Of a DNA stretch of 64,000 nucleotides, positions 27,407 to 36,113 are shown piece after piece. Source of the stretch: Bacillota bacterium (GTDB lineage Bacteria > Bacillota_I > Bacilli_A > RF39 > UBA660). The stretch lies in the NCBI GenBank assembly GCA_023430885.1, contig JAEYYH010000026.1, forward strand, positions 19,599 to 83,598. Direction: 5' to 3'. The notes under the pieces are model-generated. The model did no database searches and was not told where the DNA came from. It was given only the letters and a program-made list of their open reading frames with translations. A program made the position numbers and the translations under genes. The stretch's first letter is position 1, and every line of letters starts with the position of its first letter.

Positions 27407-27435
27407 TGACTTTTTTTAGTATCTAATTTATAATT
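27407..27435 (+). promoter_or_regulatory. Consensus sigma-A promoter: TTGACT - 17 nt - TATAAT
   Basis: Perfect -35/-10 spacing, about 7 nt before the start of the first T-box leader. Confidence 0.6.
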
Positions 27436-27439
27436 ATGG

Positions 27440-27712
27440 ACATAGGCGTTGAAGAAACGAGTAATAATAACAACTAATTTGAGCGAGTTAGATATGGTGG
27501 AAGCTAACAATTAAGTTTATTATGAAGAACAGTTCGGAGCTATCTATTTGAACTATAGTAGAATAGATCGGTTGTAATCCGTTACCAAGTTACATGAGAG
27601 ATTATATATTACTATACTTTGTATAATGATATTTAATAATGTGGGTGGTACCGCGGATACAACAGTAATTCGTCCCTTTGTGGAATTTTGAAGTACTGTT
27701 TTTTTATTCGAA
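27440..27712 (+). promoter_or_regulatory. T-box riboswitch leader 1 (putative Asn specifier AAC) with intrinsic terminator
   Basis: Canonical T-box sequence AATGTGGGTGGTACCGCGG at about 27641-27657. Terminator hairpin about 27664-27700 plus T7 run. Stem I region AGTAATAATAACAACTAATTTGAGCGAG contains AAC. Confidence 0.7.
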
Positions 27713-27716
27713 TTTG

Positions 27717-27792
27717 CCTGATTAGCTCAGTTGGTAGAGCATCCGGCTGTTAACCGGCAGGTCGTAGGTCCGAGTCCTACATCAGGCGCCAT
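27717..27792 (+). tRNA. tRNA-Asn (anticodon GUU) with encoded CCA; atypical T-loop UCCGAGU (C at position 55)
   Basis: Cloverleaf folded by hand. Acceptor GCCTGAT/ATCAGGC, D-arm GCTC-AGTTGGTA-GAGC, anticodon loop CTGTTAA, T-arm GTAGG-TCCGAGT-CCTAC, discriminator G, then CCA. Confidence 0.75.
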
Positions 27793-28043
27793 TTTTATTT
27801 TATAAGCGATGATTAAGAGAGTAATAATATGACTAGTAAAAGCGAGTTAGGTATGGTGGAAGCTAACAACCAATAGTATTATGAAAAACACTTATGAGCT
27901 ATTATTCTGAAATAAAGTAAGTTTAATCGGTTTAACCCGTTATCAAGTTAGAGTGACTATAGAATTATTTTATAGTAATTTGGGTGGTACCGCGGATACA
28001 ACAGTAATTCGTCCCTACAGGGATTGAATACTGTTTTTTTTAT
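27793..28043 (+). promoter_or_regulatory. T-box riboswitch leader 2 (putative Asp GAC specifier), near-duplicate of leader 1, directly upstream of gatC
   Basis: T-box sequence AATTTGGGTGGTACCGCGG at about 27980-27996. Terminator ACAGTAATTCGTCCCT/AGGGATTGAATACTGT plus T8. Stem I region AGTAATAATATGACTAGTAAAAGCGAG. Confidence 0.7.
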
Positions 28044-28065
28044 ACATTAAAGGAGGGATAATATT

Positions 28066-28362
28066 ATGGCAAGATTTACTAAGGAAATGGTTGTAGATTA
28101 TGCAGATAAGTTATTAATTGGTTTGACAGAAGAAGAAGTGACAATGGTACTAGATGAGTTTGAGATAATAGATAAGAATATTGATTTAATAAATGTAATA
28201 CCAAATATTTCAAAGGTAGAGCCAATGACTCATTGTTTGGATAATTTCATTTATGAATTAAGAGAAGATATACCAGACGAATCAGTAGATATTGATGAAT
28301 TATTACAAAATTGTGATAGTTATTTAAATAGAGAAGTAAAAGTACCAAAGGTGGTGGAATAA
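28066..28362 (+). CDS. gatC: Asp/Glu-tRNA amidotransferase subunit C
   Basis: 98 aa, RBS AAGGAGGG, translationally coupled to gatA, typical GatC. Confidence 0.85.
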   Translation: MARFTKEMVVDYADKLLIGLTEEEVTMVLDEFEIIDKNIDLINVIPNISKVEPMTHCLDNFIYELREDIPDESVDIDELLQNCDSYLNREVKVPKVVE

Positions 28363-28363
28363 T

Positions 28364-29821
28364 ATGGAATATATGGGTAAAACTATTGAAGAAATTCATG
28401 AAGCAATATTAAATAAAGAAGTAACAGTAAAAGAATTAATTGACGAATCAATTAAAAAATCACATTCTGTTCAAGAAAAATGTAATGCTTTTGTAACAAT
28501 ATTAGATGATGCTAAAGAAGTAGAAGTAACTTCTGATTTTTTATCTGGTATACCCTATGGAGTTAAGGATAATTATAGTACTAAGGGTATACTAAGTACT
28601 GGATCTAGTAACACATTAAGAGACTATGTTCCATTTTTTACTGCAACAGCTATTGAAAATTTAGAAAAAGCTGGTGCTGTAGCAGTAAATAAAACTGTTT
28701 TAGATGAATTTGGTATGGGTGGAACAGGAACAACGGGGCATACAGGAATTGTAAGAAATCCATGGGATTTATCAAGAATGTGTGCTGGGTCATCTGCTGG
28801 ATCAGCAGCAGCAGTAGCAGCAGGTGTATATCCTTATGCTACCGGAAGCGATACCGGCGATTCCATTCGTAAACCAGCAGCATATTGTGGAATAGTTGGT
28901 TATAAACCAACATATGGCATGATATCTAGATACGGTTTATTTGCTTTTGCAAGCAGTTTAGACCACTGTGGAGTTTTGACTAGAACAGTAAAAGATGCAG
29001 CTATAGTAGTTGACAGTATGAAGGGTATAGACAAAAATGATATGACTAGTTGGGATTCAAGTAGTATTCAGTTATATAAATCAATTACTGGTGAAGTAAC
29101 TGGTAAAAAAATGTGCTATATCAAAGAAATATGTGATATAAATATGTATCCAAACGCTTCAGAAGAACTAAAAGAACATTTAAGTAATTTTAATAAAGTA
29201 TTAGATAAATGTAAACAACTAGGAATAGAAATAGAAGAGGTAAGTATTGATAAGAAATTACTTAATGCTGTTCCTTCTGTTTATGTAGTTATTTCTTGTG
29301 CTGAAGCAACTTCAAATATGTCTAATTTAACAGGTATTATTTTTGGACCTAGAGGTGAAGGCGATAATTATATCGATAAAATGAAAAACTATAGAACTGA
29401 AGGTTTTTCTCCATTAATTAAGAGAAGATTTGTAATAGGTTCATATGTTTTACAATCACAAAACAAAGATAGATATTTCCATAATGCTCAAAGAGTTAGA
29501 AGACTTTTAGTAGATGAATGGAATAAATTATTTGATAATTATGATGCAGTTATATTACCAGTAGGAAGTGGACCAGCTAAATATATAGATGGATCACAAA
29601 ATATGCTAGAAGAAAACACTGCTATTTTAGAAGAACACTTACAAGTTGGTAACTTTGGAGGATTTCCTTCAATTACAATTCCAGATGGATTTGTAAGTAA
29701 ATTACCAGTAGGTGTCAACATAACAGGTAAATGCTATGATGATGCCAACGTATTAAACATAGCTTATGCTTTAGAAAGTACAATGGATTATAAAAACCAA
29801 ATAGCTAAGGAGGTAAAATAA
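28364..29821 (+). CDS. gatA: Asp/Glu-tRNA amidotransferase subunit A (amidase)
   Basis: Amidase signature GGSSAGSAAAVAAG; Ser-cisSer-Lys family. Confidence 0.92.
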   Translation: MEYMGKTIEEIHEAILNKEVTVKELIDESIKKSHSVQEKCNAFVTILDDAKEVEVTSDFLSGIPYGVKDNYSTKGILSTGSSNTLRDYVPFFTATAIENLEKAGAVAVNKTVLDEFGMGGTGTTGHTGIVRNPWDLSRMCAGSSAGSAAAVAAGVYPYATGSDTGDSIRKPAAYCGIVGYKPTYGMISRYGLFAFASSLDHCGVLTRTVKDAAIVVDSMKGIDKNDMTSWDSSSIQLYKSITGEVTGKKMCYIKEICDINMYPNASEELKEHLSNFNKVLDKCKQLGIEIEEVSIDKKLLNAVPSVYVVISCAEATSNMSNLTGIIFGPRGEGDNYIDKMKNYRTEGFSPLIKRRFVIGSYVLQSQNKDRYFHNAQRVRRLLVDEWNKLFDNYDAVILPVGSGPAKYIDGSQNMLEENTAILEEHLQVGNFGGFPSITIPDGFVSKLPVGVNITGKCYDDANVLNIAYALESTMDYKNQIAKEVK

Positions 29822-31278
29822 TGGATAAATATAAAGTACTAATTGGTCTAGAAATGCACTGTGAAATAAGTGAAACGAAAACTAAAGTTTTCTCTAGTGC
29901 TAAAAACTTATATTGTGATGTGGCAAATAGTAACATTAGACCAGTAGATATGGCTTTTCCAGGAACTTTACCTGTCTTAAATAAAGAAGCTGTAAAAAAA
30001 TCATTAATGGCGAGTATGATACTTGGTTGTACTGTACCAGAATATATATACTTTGAAAGAAAAAATTATTATTATCCTGATTTACCAAAAGGTTATCAAA
30101 TTACTCAAGAAACAAAACCTGCTCCTGTAGGAATATATGGAGAGTTAAGATATGAGTGTGAAGGAGAATATAAAACTGTAAGAGTTAATAATATTCATTT
30201 AGAAGAAGATGCGGCTTCAACAGATCATTATTCAAGATATTCAACAATTGATTATAATAGAGCGGGAGTACCACTTCTTGAACTTGTTACTGAACCAGAT
30301 TTTCATTCAGCTATTGAAGCAGTTTCGTTTTTAGAAACAATGCGAACAATTTATCAATATGCTGGAATTAGTGAAGCTGATAGTAGAAAAGGTCAATTAA
30401 GATGTGATGTAAACGTATCTATTATGGATGTAGACAAAGATGATAAGAATCCTGAAAACTGGGGAACAAAAGTAGAAATAAAAAATATTAATTCTCTTGG
30501 CGGAGTAAGAGATGCCATTAATTACGAAGTAGCAAGACAAATTGAAGCAAAAGAAAACAATACTTATGATAAAATTGAGCAACAAACGAGAAGATGGGAC
30601 GAAGCAACTATGACTACTGTATATATGAGAAGTAAAGTAGATGCTATTGACTATAAATACTTTGTTGAGCCAAATATACCAAAGTTTAAGTTATCAAAAG
30701 AGTGGCTTGAAGAAATAAGAAATAGTATTCCTGTACTTGCAACCGCTCGAAAAGAGAAATATATAAATGAGTATGGTTTATCAGCTTATGATGCAACTAT
30801 ACTTGTTAAAGAAAAAAATATTTCTGATTTCTATGAAGAAACTATTAAATTAGGTGCTGATCCTAAAGTAAGTTCAAACTGGATGACTACTATGGTTTTA
30901 GGTCATTTAAATAAAGCTGAACTTGAATTAAAGGACATCTTTTTAACACCAACATATTTAGTAGAATTAATTAATTTAATAAATAGTGGAGAAATATCTT
31001 CAAAACAAAGTAAAGAAATTTTTTACAAGATGTTAGAAGAAAAGAAAGAACCTAAAAAACTTGTAAAAGAAATGGGAATGAAACAAATTGGTGATGAGTC
31101 TACATTAAGACCTATGATTATTGCAATTATAGAAGAACACTTAGAACTAATTGAGGAATATAGAAAAGGCAGAAATGTATTTGACTTTTTCGTAGGCCAA
31201 GTAATGAAGCAAACTCGTGGTCAAGCTAATCCAACATTAACAGCGCAAATAATTAAAGAAGAAATAGATAAAAGATAG
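29821..31278 (+). CDS. gatB: Asp/Glu-tRNA amidotransferase subunit B
   Basis: N-terminus IGLEMHCE and C-terminal YqeY-like helical domain; 485 aa. Confidence 0.92.
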   Translation: MDKYKVLIGLEMHCEISETKTKVFSSAKNLYCDVANSNIRPVDMAFPGTLPVLNKEAVKKSLMASMILGCTVPEYIYFERKNYYYPDLPKGYQITQETKPAPVGIYGELRYECEGEYKTVRVNNIHLEEDAASTDHYSRYSTIDYNRAGVPLLELVTEPDFHSAIEAVSFLETMRTIYQYAGISEADSRKGQLRCDVNVSIMDVDKDDKNPENWGTKVEIKNINSLGGVRDAINYEVARQIEAKENNTYDKIEQQTRRWDEATMTTVYMRSKVDAIDYKYFVEPNIPKFKLSKEWLEEIRNSIPVLATARKEKYINEYGLSAYDATILVKEKNISDFYEETIKLGADPKVSSNWMTTMVLGHLNKAELELKDIFLTPTYLVELINLINSGEISSKQSKEIFYKMLEEKKEPKKLVKEMGMKQIGDESTLRPMIIAIIEEHLELIEEYRKGRNVFDFFVGQVMKQTRGQANPTLTAQIIKEEIDKR

Positions 31279-31287
31279 GTGATATGA

Positions 31288-32664
31288 ATGAAAGATTCCA
31301 AAGAATTATATAGTACTTATAGTGATTTTATAGGTAAAGAAGTTACACTACAAGGATGGATTAAAAATCATCGTAAACAAAAAGAAATGGGCTTCATTGA
31401 ATTTAATGATGGAACATTTTTTAAGAGTGTTCAACTTATATATAATAGTAAATTAAGAAAATTTGAGGATATACAAAAATTACGTATTGGTAGTGCTATA
31501 ACTGTTGTTGGTACTGTTATAGAATCACCTAGAGAAGAGCAACCATTTGAAATAGCTGTTAAAGAAATTACTTTAGAAGGTGATTGTCCAGATGACTATC
31601 CAATTCAACCAAAGAGACACACTAGGGAATTTTTAAGAGAACAAGCTTATTTAAGACCTAGAACTAACTTATTTGGAGCGGTATTTAGAGTAAGAAGTGT
31701 AGTAGCAATGGCTATTCACTCATATTTTCAAGAAAGAGGATATGTCTATGTTCATGCACCAATAATTACAGGCAGTGATTGTGAAGGTGCAGGAGAAATG
31801 TTTCAAGTTACAACAATAAATGTTGATAAACTAGATGGTAAAGAAATAGATTACACAAAAGATTTCTTTGGTAAAAAAACAAGTCTTACCGTATCTGGTC
31901 AACTTCAAGGTGAAGCATTTGCAATGGCTTATAAAAAGATATATACATTTGGGCCGACTTTCAGAGCTGAAAACTCTAATACGAAAACACATGCTTCTGA
32001 ATTTTGGATGATTGAACCAGAAATAGCTTTTTGCGATTTAAATGGTTTAATGGATATAGAAGAAGATGTTTTAAAGTATATTATAAAATATACTTTAGAG
32101 CATGCTAAAGAAGAATTAGAATTTTTTGATAAATTTGTTGAATCTGGACTTATTAACAAATTAGAAAAAGTAGTAAGTTCAAAAGCAGCTAGAATCACTC
32201 ATAAAGAAGCTATTAAGATATTATTGAAGTCTGGTAAAGACTTTGAAAATAAACCAGCTTATGGTGAAGATCTTGCTACTGAACATGAAAAATATTTAAC
32301 AGGAGAACATTTTAATAGTCCAGTATTTGTTTGCGATTGGCCAAAAGATATAAAAGCATTTTATATGCGCATGAATGATGATAAAGAAACAGTTGCAGCT
32401 GTAGATTTATTAGTGCCAGGATCAGGAGAACTTATGGGTGGTTCTCAAAGAGAAGAAAGAATAGATTTAATGATTGATAGAATGAAAAAACTTGGTATAG
32501 ATGCTAGTGAAATGGATTGGTATCTTAACTTAAGAAAATTTGGTGGCTGCAAGCACAGTGGATTTGGTATGGGATTTGAGCGCTTACTTATTTATATAAC
32601 AGGTGTTGAAAATATTAGAGATGTTATACCTTTCCCAAGAACTCCAAAAAATTGTGAATTTTAA
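31288..32664 (+). CDS. asnS: Asparaginyl-tRNA synthetase
   Basis: Class IIb with N-terminal OB fold. SGQL (rather than the Asp-type QSPQ) and FGPTFRAENSNTKTHASEFWMIEPE match AsnRS. 458 aa, no GAD insertion. Confidence 0.85.
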   Translation: MKDSKELYSTYSDFIGKEVTLQGWIKNHRKQKEMGFIEFNDGTFFKSVQLIYNSKLRKFEDIQKLRIGSAITVVGTVIESPREEQPFEIAVKEITLEGDCPDDYPIQPKRHTREFLREQAYLRPRTNLFGAVFRVRSVVAMAIHSYFQERGYVYVHAPIITGSDCEGAGEMFQVTTINVDKLDGKEIDYTKDFFGKKTSLTVSGQLQGEAFAMAYKKIYTFGPTFRAENSNTKTHASEFWMIEPEIAFCDLNGLMDIEEDVLKYIIKYTLEHAKEELEFFDKFVESGLINKLEKVVSSKAARITHKEAIKILLKSGKDFENKPAYGEDLATEHEKYLTGEHFNSPVFVCDWPKDIKAFYMRMNDDKETVAAVDLLVPGSGELMGGSQREERIDLMIDRMKKLGIDASEMDWYLNLRKFGGCKHSGFGMGFERLLIYITGVENIRDVIPFPRTPKNCEF

Positions 32665-32675
32665 GAGGTGATAAA

Positions 32676-34418
32676 ATGAAAGGTAATAAATATAGAACAG
32701 TCTACTGTGGTAAAGTTACTAAAGAAGATATTGGTAAGGTTATAAGAATAGCCGGCTTTGTTGAAAATATTAGAGACCATGGTGGTATTATATTTGTTGA
32801 TATCAGAGACGAATCTGGAAGTATTCAAACAGTAAGTAATGATGAAAAGATTTTTGATCATATTACACGTGAATCATCAATAACACTACTTGGTACTGTT
32901 AGACTTAGATCAGAAGATACAATAAATAACAGACTAGCTACAGGTGAGTTAGAATTACTAGTAACAGAACTTGAGGTTCTTGGCAAAGCTAACAACGAAC
33001 TTCCTTTTGAAATAATGACTTCAAAAGATGTTAAAGAAGATATAAGATTAAAATATAGATATTTAGATTTAAGAAATGAAAAAGTACATGAAAACATAGT
33101 ATTTAGATCTAAAGTAATATCACATTTAAGAGAAAAAATGAGTAGTATGGGATTTTTAGAAATACAAACTCCAATTTTAACTTGTTCTTCTCCAGAAGGA
33201 GCTAGAGATTATATAGTTCCATCAAGAATATATCATGGTAAATTTTATGCATTACCACAAGCTCCACAAATGTTTAAACAATTACTTATGGTAAGCGGTT
33301 TTGATAGATATTTTCAAATAGCACCTTGTTTTAGAGACGAAGATGCTAGAGCAGATCGTGCTCCAGGTGAATTTTATCAATTAGATTTTGAAATGGCCTT
33401 TGCAGAAGCAGAAGATGTTTATGCTGTTGCTGAAGAGGTTCTATATGATACATTTACTAAATTTAGTACTAAAGAAGTTAGTAGTAAACCATTTAGAAGA
33501 ATATCATATGCAGAGTCAATGTTAAAATATGGAACAGATAAGCCCGATTTAAGAAATCCTTTAGAGATAATTGATCTAACTGAAGTGTTTGCTGATACTA
33601 CATTTAAACCATTTGCAAATACTATCATAAGAGGTATAGCGGTAGATGATATAGGAACTAAATCAAACTCATGGTTTAATGATTTAGTTGATTATGCTAA
33701 GACACTTGGTATGCCAGGAATTGGTTATGTAACACTAATGGAAGATGGTACTTTAAAAGGACCTATTGATAAGTTTTTATCTGAAGAAGAAAGAGATTTA
33801 TTAATATCTAAAGCTAATTTAAAAACAAACAGTGTATTATTTTTTATCGCTGATAAGAAAAAGGCTCCAACTTTAGCGGGTTTTATAAGAAGTGAACTTG
33901 GAAGAAGATTAGAAATAATTGATAATAGTAAATTTGAGTTTTGCTTTATTGTGGATTTTCCTATGTATGAATGGGATGAAGAAGAAGACAAATACGTCTT
34001 TACACATAATCCTTTCTCAATGCCACAAGGTGGTATGAATGATCTATTAAATAAAAAACCAGAAGATATCCTTGCATATCAATACGATATAGTATGTAAC
34101 GGTGTTGAATTATCTAGCGGTGCTGTTAGAAATCATGATTTAGATATAATGGAAAAAGCTTTTTCAATAGCTGGATATTCTAAAGATGAATTAGAAAGAC
34201 GCTTCAAAGCTTTATATACAGCATTTCATTACGGTGCTCCACCACATGCTGGTATGGCTCCTGGTATTGATAGAATGATAATGCTTTTAAAAGAAGAAGA
34301 AAGTATTCGTGAAGTAATTGCATTCCCAATGAGTAGCAGTGCTCAAGATTTAATGATGGGATCACCTAGTGATGTAACAGAACAGCAATTAAGAGATGTT
34401 CATATTAAGATAAGATAA
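32676..34418 (+). CDS. aspS: Aspartyl-tRNA synthetase, bacterial type with GAD insertion domain
   Basis: LPQAPQMFKQLLMVSG, FRDED, GAPPHAGMAPGIDRMIMLL. 580 aa. Confidence 0.9.
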   Translation: MKGNKYRTVYCGKVTKEDIGKVIRIAGFVENIRDHGGIIFVDIRDESGSIQTVSNDEKIFDHITRESSITLLGTVRLRSEDTINNRLATGELELLVTELEVLGKANNELPFEIMTSKDVKEDIRLKYRYLDLRNEKVHENIVFRSKVISHLREKMSSMGFLEIQTPILTCSSPEGARDYIVPSRIYHGKFYALPQAPQMFKQLLMVSGFDRYFQIAPCFRDEDARADRAPGEFYQLDFEMAFAEAEDVYAVAEEVLYDTFTKFSTKEVSSKPFRRISYAESMLKYGTDKPDLRNPLEIIDLTEVFADTTFKPFANTIIRGIAVDDIGTKSNSWFNDLVDYAKTLGMPGIGYVTLMEDGTLKGPIDKFLSEEERDLLISKANLKTNSVLFFIADKKKAPTLAGFIRSELGRRLEIIDNSKFEFCFIVDFPMYEWDEEEDKYVFTHNPFSMPQGGMNDLLNKKPEDILAYQYDIVCNGVELSSGAVRNHDLDIMEKAFSIAGYSKDELERRFKALYTAFHYGAPPHAGMAPGIDRMIMLLKEEESIREVIAFPMSSSAQDLMMGSPSDVTEQQLRDVHIKIR

Positions 34419-34432
34419 TTCTTATCTTTTTG
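34408..34432 (+). terminator. Rho-independent terminator overlapping the aspS stop
   Basis: GATAAGATAATTCTTATCTTTTTG. Confidence 0.5.
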
Positions 34433-34536
34433 TTTGCGTAATATTTTGGCGTGACATAAGCATTAAAATATTTATTTGTCAAGATATAAAATTAATAGTT
34501 TTTCCTTTATTTTCAATAAAAAAGCATGAAAAGTTC

Positions 34537-34565
34537 TTGCAATTGCAATTAAAAAATGATATTCT
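34537..34565 (+). promoter_or_regulatory. Promoter candidate for hup: TTGCAA-17-TATTCT with TG extension; the -35 sits in a 12-bp perfect palindrome TTGCAATTGCAA
   Basis: Read in sequence about 80 nt upstream of hup. Confidence 0.4.
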
Positions 34566-34643
34566 TTAATTGTAAGCAAGATAGGTGATAGTTGGATATC
34601 AATAAAAGCTTATGATAATAAAAATACATGGGAGGTAATTTAT

Positions 34644-34916
34644 ATGTCAAAAACTGATTTAGTAAACTATATTGCAGAAGAAACAGGATTAACAAAAGCT
34701 GATTCAGCAAGAGCTTTAGAAGCTTTCGTTGGAGGAGTAACAGAAGGTCTTAAAAAAGAAGGTAAAGTTACTTTAACTGGTTTCGCTACTTTCACTGCTA
34801 AGAAAAAAGCAGCAAAAACAGGACGTAATCCTCGTACTGGTGAAGCTGTAGCTATTCCTGCAAGAGTTGCTGTAACTGTTAAAGCTGGTTCTAAATTAAA
34901 AGACGCTTTAAACTAA
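34644..34916 (+). CDS. hup: DNA-binding protein HU
   Basis: MSKTDLVNYIAEETGLTKAD...GFATF...RNPRTGE, 90 aa. Confidence 0.9.
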   Translation: MSKTDLVNYIAEETGLTKADSARALEAFVGGVTEGLKKEGKVTLTGFATFTAKKKAAKTGRNPRTGEAVAIPARVAVTVKAGSKLKDALN

Positions 34917-34920
34917 TTTT

Positions 34921-34947
34921 AAAAAAAGGCTTTTCCGCCTTTTTTTC
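34921..34947 (+). terminator. Rho-independent terminator after hup
   Basis: AAAAAAAGGCTTTTCCGCCTTTTTTT. Confidence 0.55.
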
Positions 34948-34964
34948 ATGTGAGGAGGGATAAC

Positions 34965-36068
34965 TTGTTTAATATTTCACTTAAGATACTAGAAAAAATA
35001 GAACAAACCGGATTTGAAGCATATATAGTTGGTGGATTTGCAAGAGATAATTACATAGGACGTAATAGTACTGATGTAGATATATGTACAAATGCAACTC
35101 CAAAAGAACTAAAAAATATTTTTCAAGGAAGTATGCTTCCAAAAGAACAATATGGTTCAGTTGCCGTCATATATAAGAAAATTAGATTTGATATAACAAC
35201 TTATCGTAAAGATATAAAATATCAGAATAATAGATTACCTGTTGAAATAAAATACATAAATAATTTAGAGGATGATTTGAAAAGAAGAGACTTTACTATG
35301 AATACACTTTGTATTGATAAAGAAGGAAATTATATAGACCTATTAAATGCTAGAGCTGATATTGATAAAAAGATTATAAAAACTGTAGGAAATGCTAAAG
35401 AAAAACTAAATGAAGATTCACTTAGAATACTTCGTGCCATTAGATTTGCAACTATACTTGATTTTGAATTAGATGAAGAATTAAAGCAAGCTATAAAAGA
35501 ATATGGCTATTTATTAAAGAAACTATCTTATTTTAGAAAAAAGGAAGAATTAGACAAGATTTTTAGCAGTATTAATGTTAAACGTGGTATAAAGTTATTA
35601 CTTGAATTTGATCTTGATAAGTATTTAGATTTAAACAATTTAGATAAAATAATTATCACATCATCGCCTTTAGCAATATGGGCACAGTTGGATGTTTTAA
35701 ATACATATAGTTTTTCAAATATTGAAAAATGTTCAATAGAAACAATAAATATATTGAAAACAAATATGTCGTTTGATAACTACGAGCTATATACTTATGG
35801 ATTATATTTGACTTCTTTAGTTGCAGAAATTAATAATATTGATAAAACTTTATTAACAAAAAGGTATATGAGTCTTCCTATAAAAAACAAAAGAGATATA
35901 GTGATTGATGGTGCTGAAATATGTAATGTTCTTAATATAAAACCATCAAAGATTATAAAAGAAATAATAGAGGATTTAGAGAAGAAAATCATTCATGGGC
36001 AACTAGAAAATGACAAAAATCTTATAATTAATTATATTAAAAAGAATTATTCTGGAAGAGTTGAATAA
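34965..36068 (+). CDS. cca: CCA-adding tRNA nucleotidyltransferase; TTG start after RBS GAGGAGGG (the track's 34950 start lies inside the hup terminator)
   Basis: GGFARD motif, nucleotidyltransferase head plus HD-less Firmicute-type tail. Confidence 0.8.
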   Translation: MFNISLKILEKIEQTGFEAYIVGGFARDNYIGRNSTDVDICTNATPKELKNIFQGSMLPKEQYGSVAVIYKKIRFDITTYRKDIKYQNNRLPVEIKYINNLEDDLKRRDFTMNTLCIDKEGNYIDLLNARADIDKKIIKTVGNAKEKLNEDSLRILRAIRFATILDFELDEELKQAIKEYGYLLKKLSYFRKKEELDKIFSSINVKRGIKLLLEFDLDKYLDLNNLDKIIITSSPLAIWAQLDVLNTYSFSNIEKCSIETINILKTNMSFDNYELYTYGLYLTSLVAEINNIDKTLLTKRYMSLPIKNKRDIVIDGAEICNVLNIKPSKIIKEIIEDLEKKIIHGQLENDKNLIINYIKKNYSGRVE

Positions 36069-36113
36069 TTCTTTTTTAATTGATATAATTTATATATGAT
36101 AGGATGCGATAGT

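Noticed and set aside
27440-28043. The two ~270-nt near-identical blocks considered as a mobile repeat or IS remnant
   Set aside because: Both contain the canonical T-box sequence and terminator, so they are regulatory leaders.
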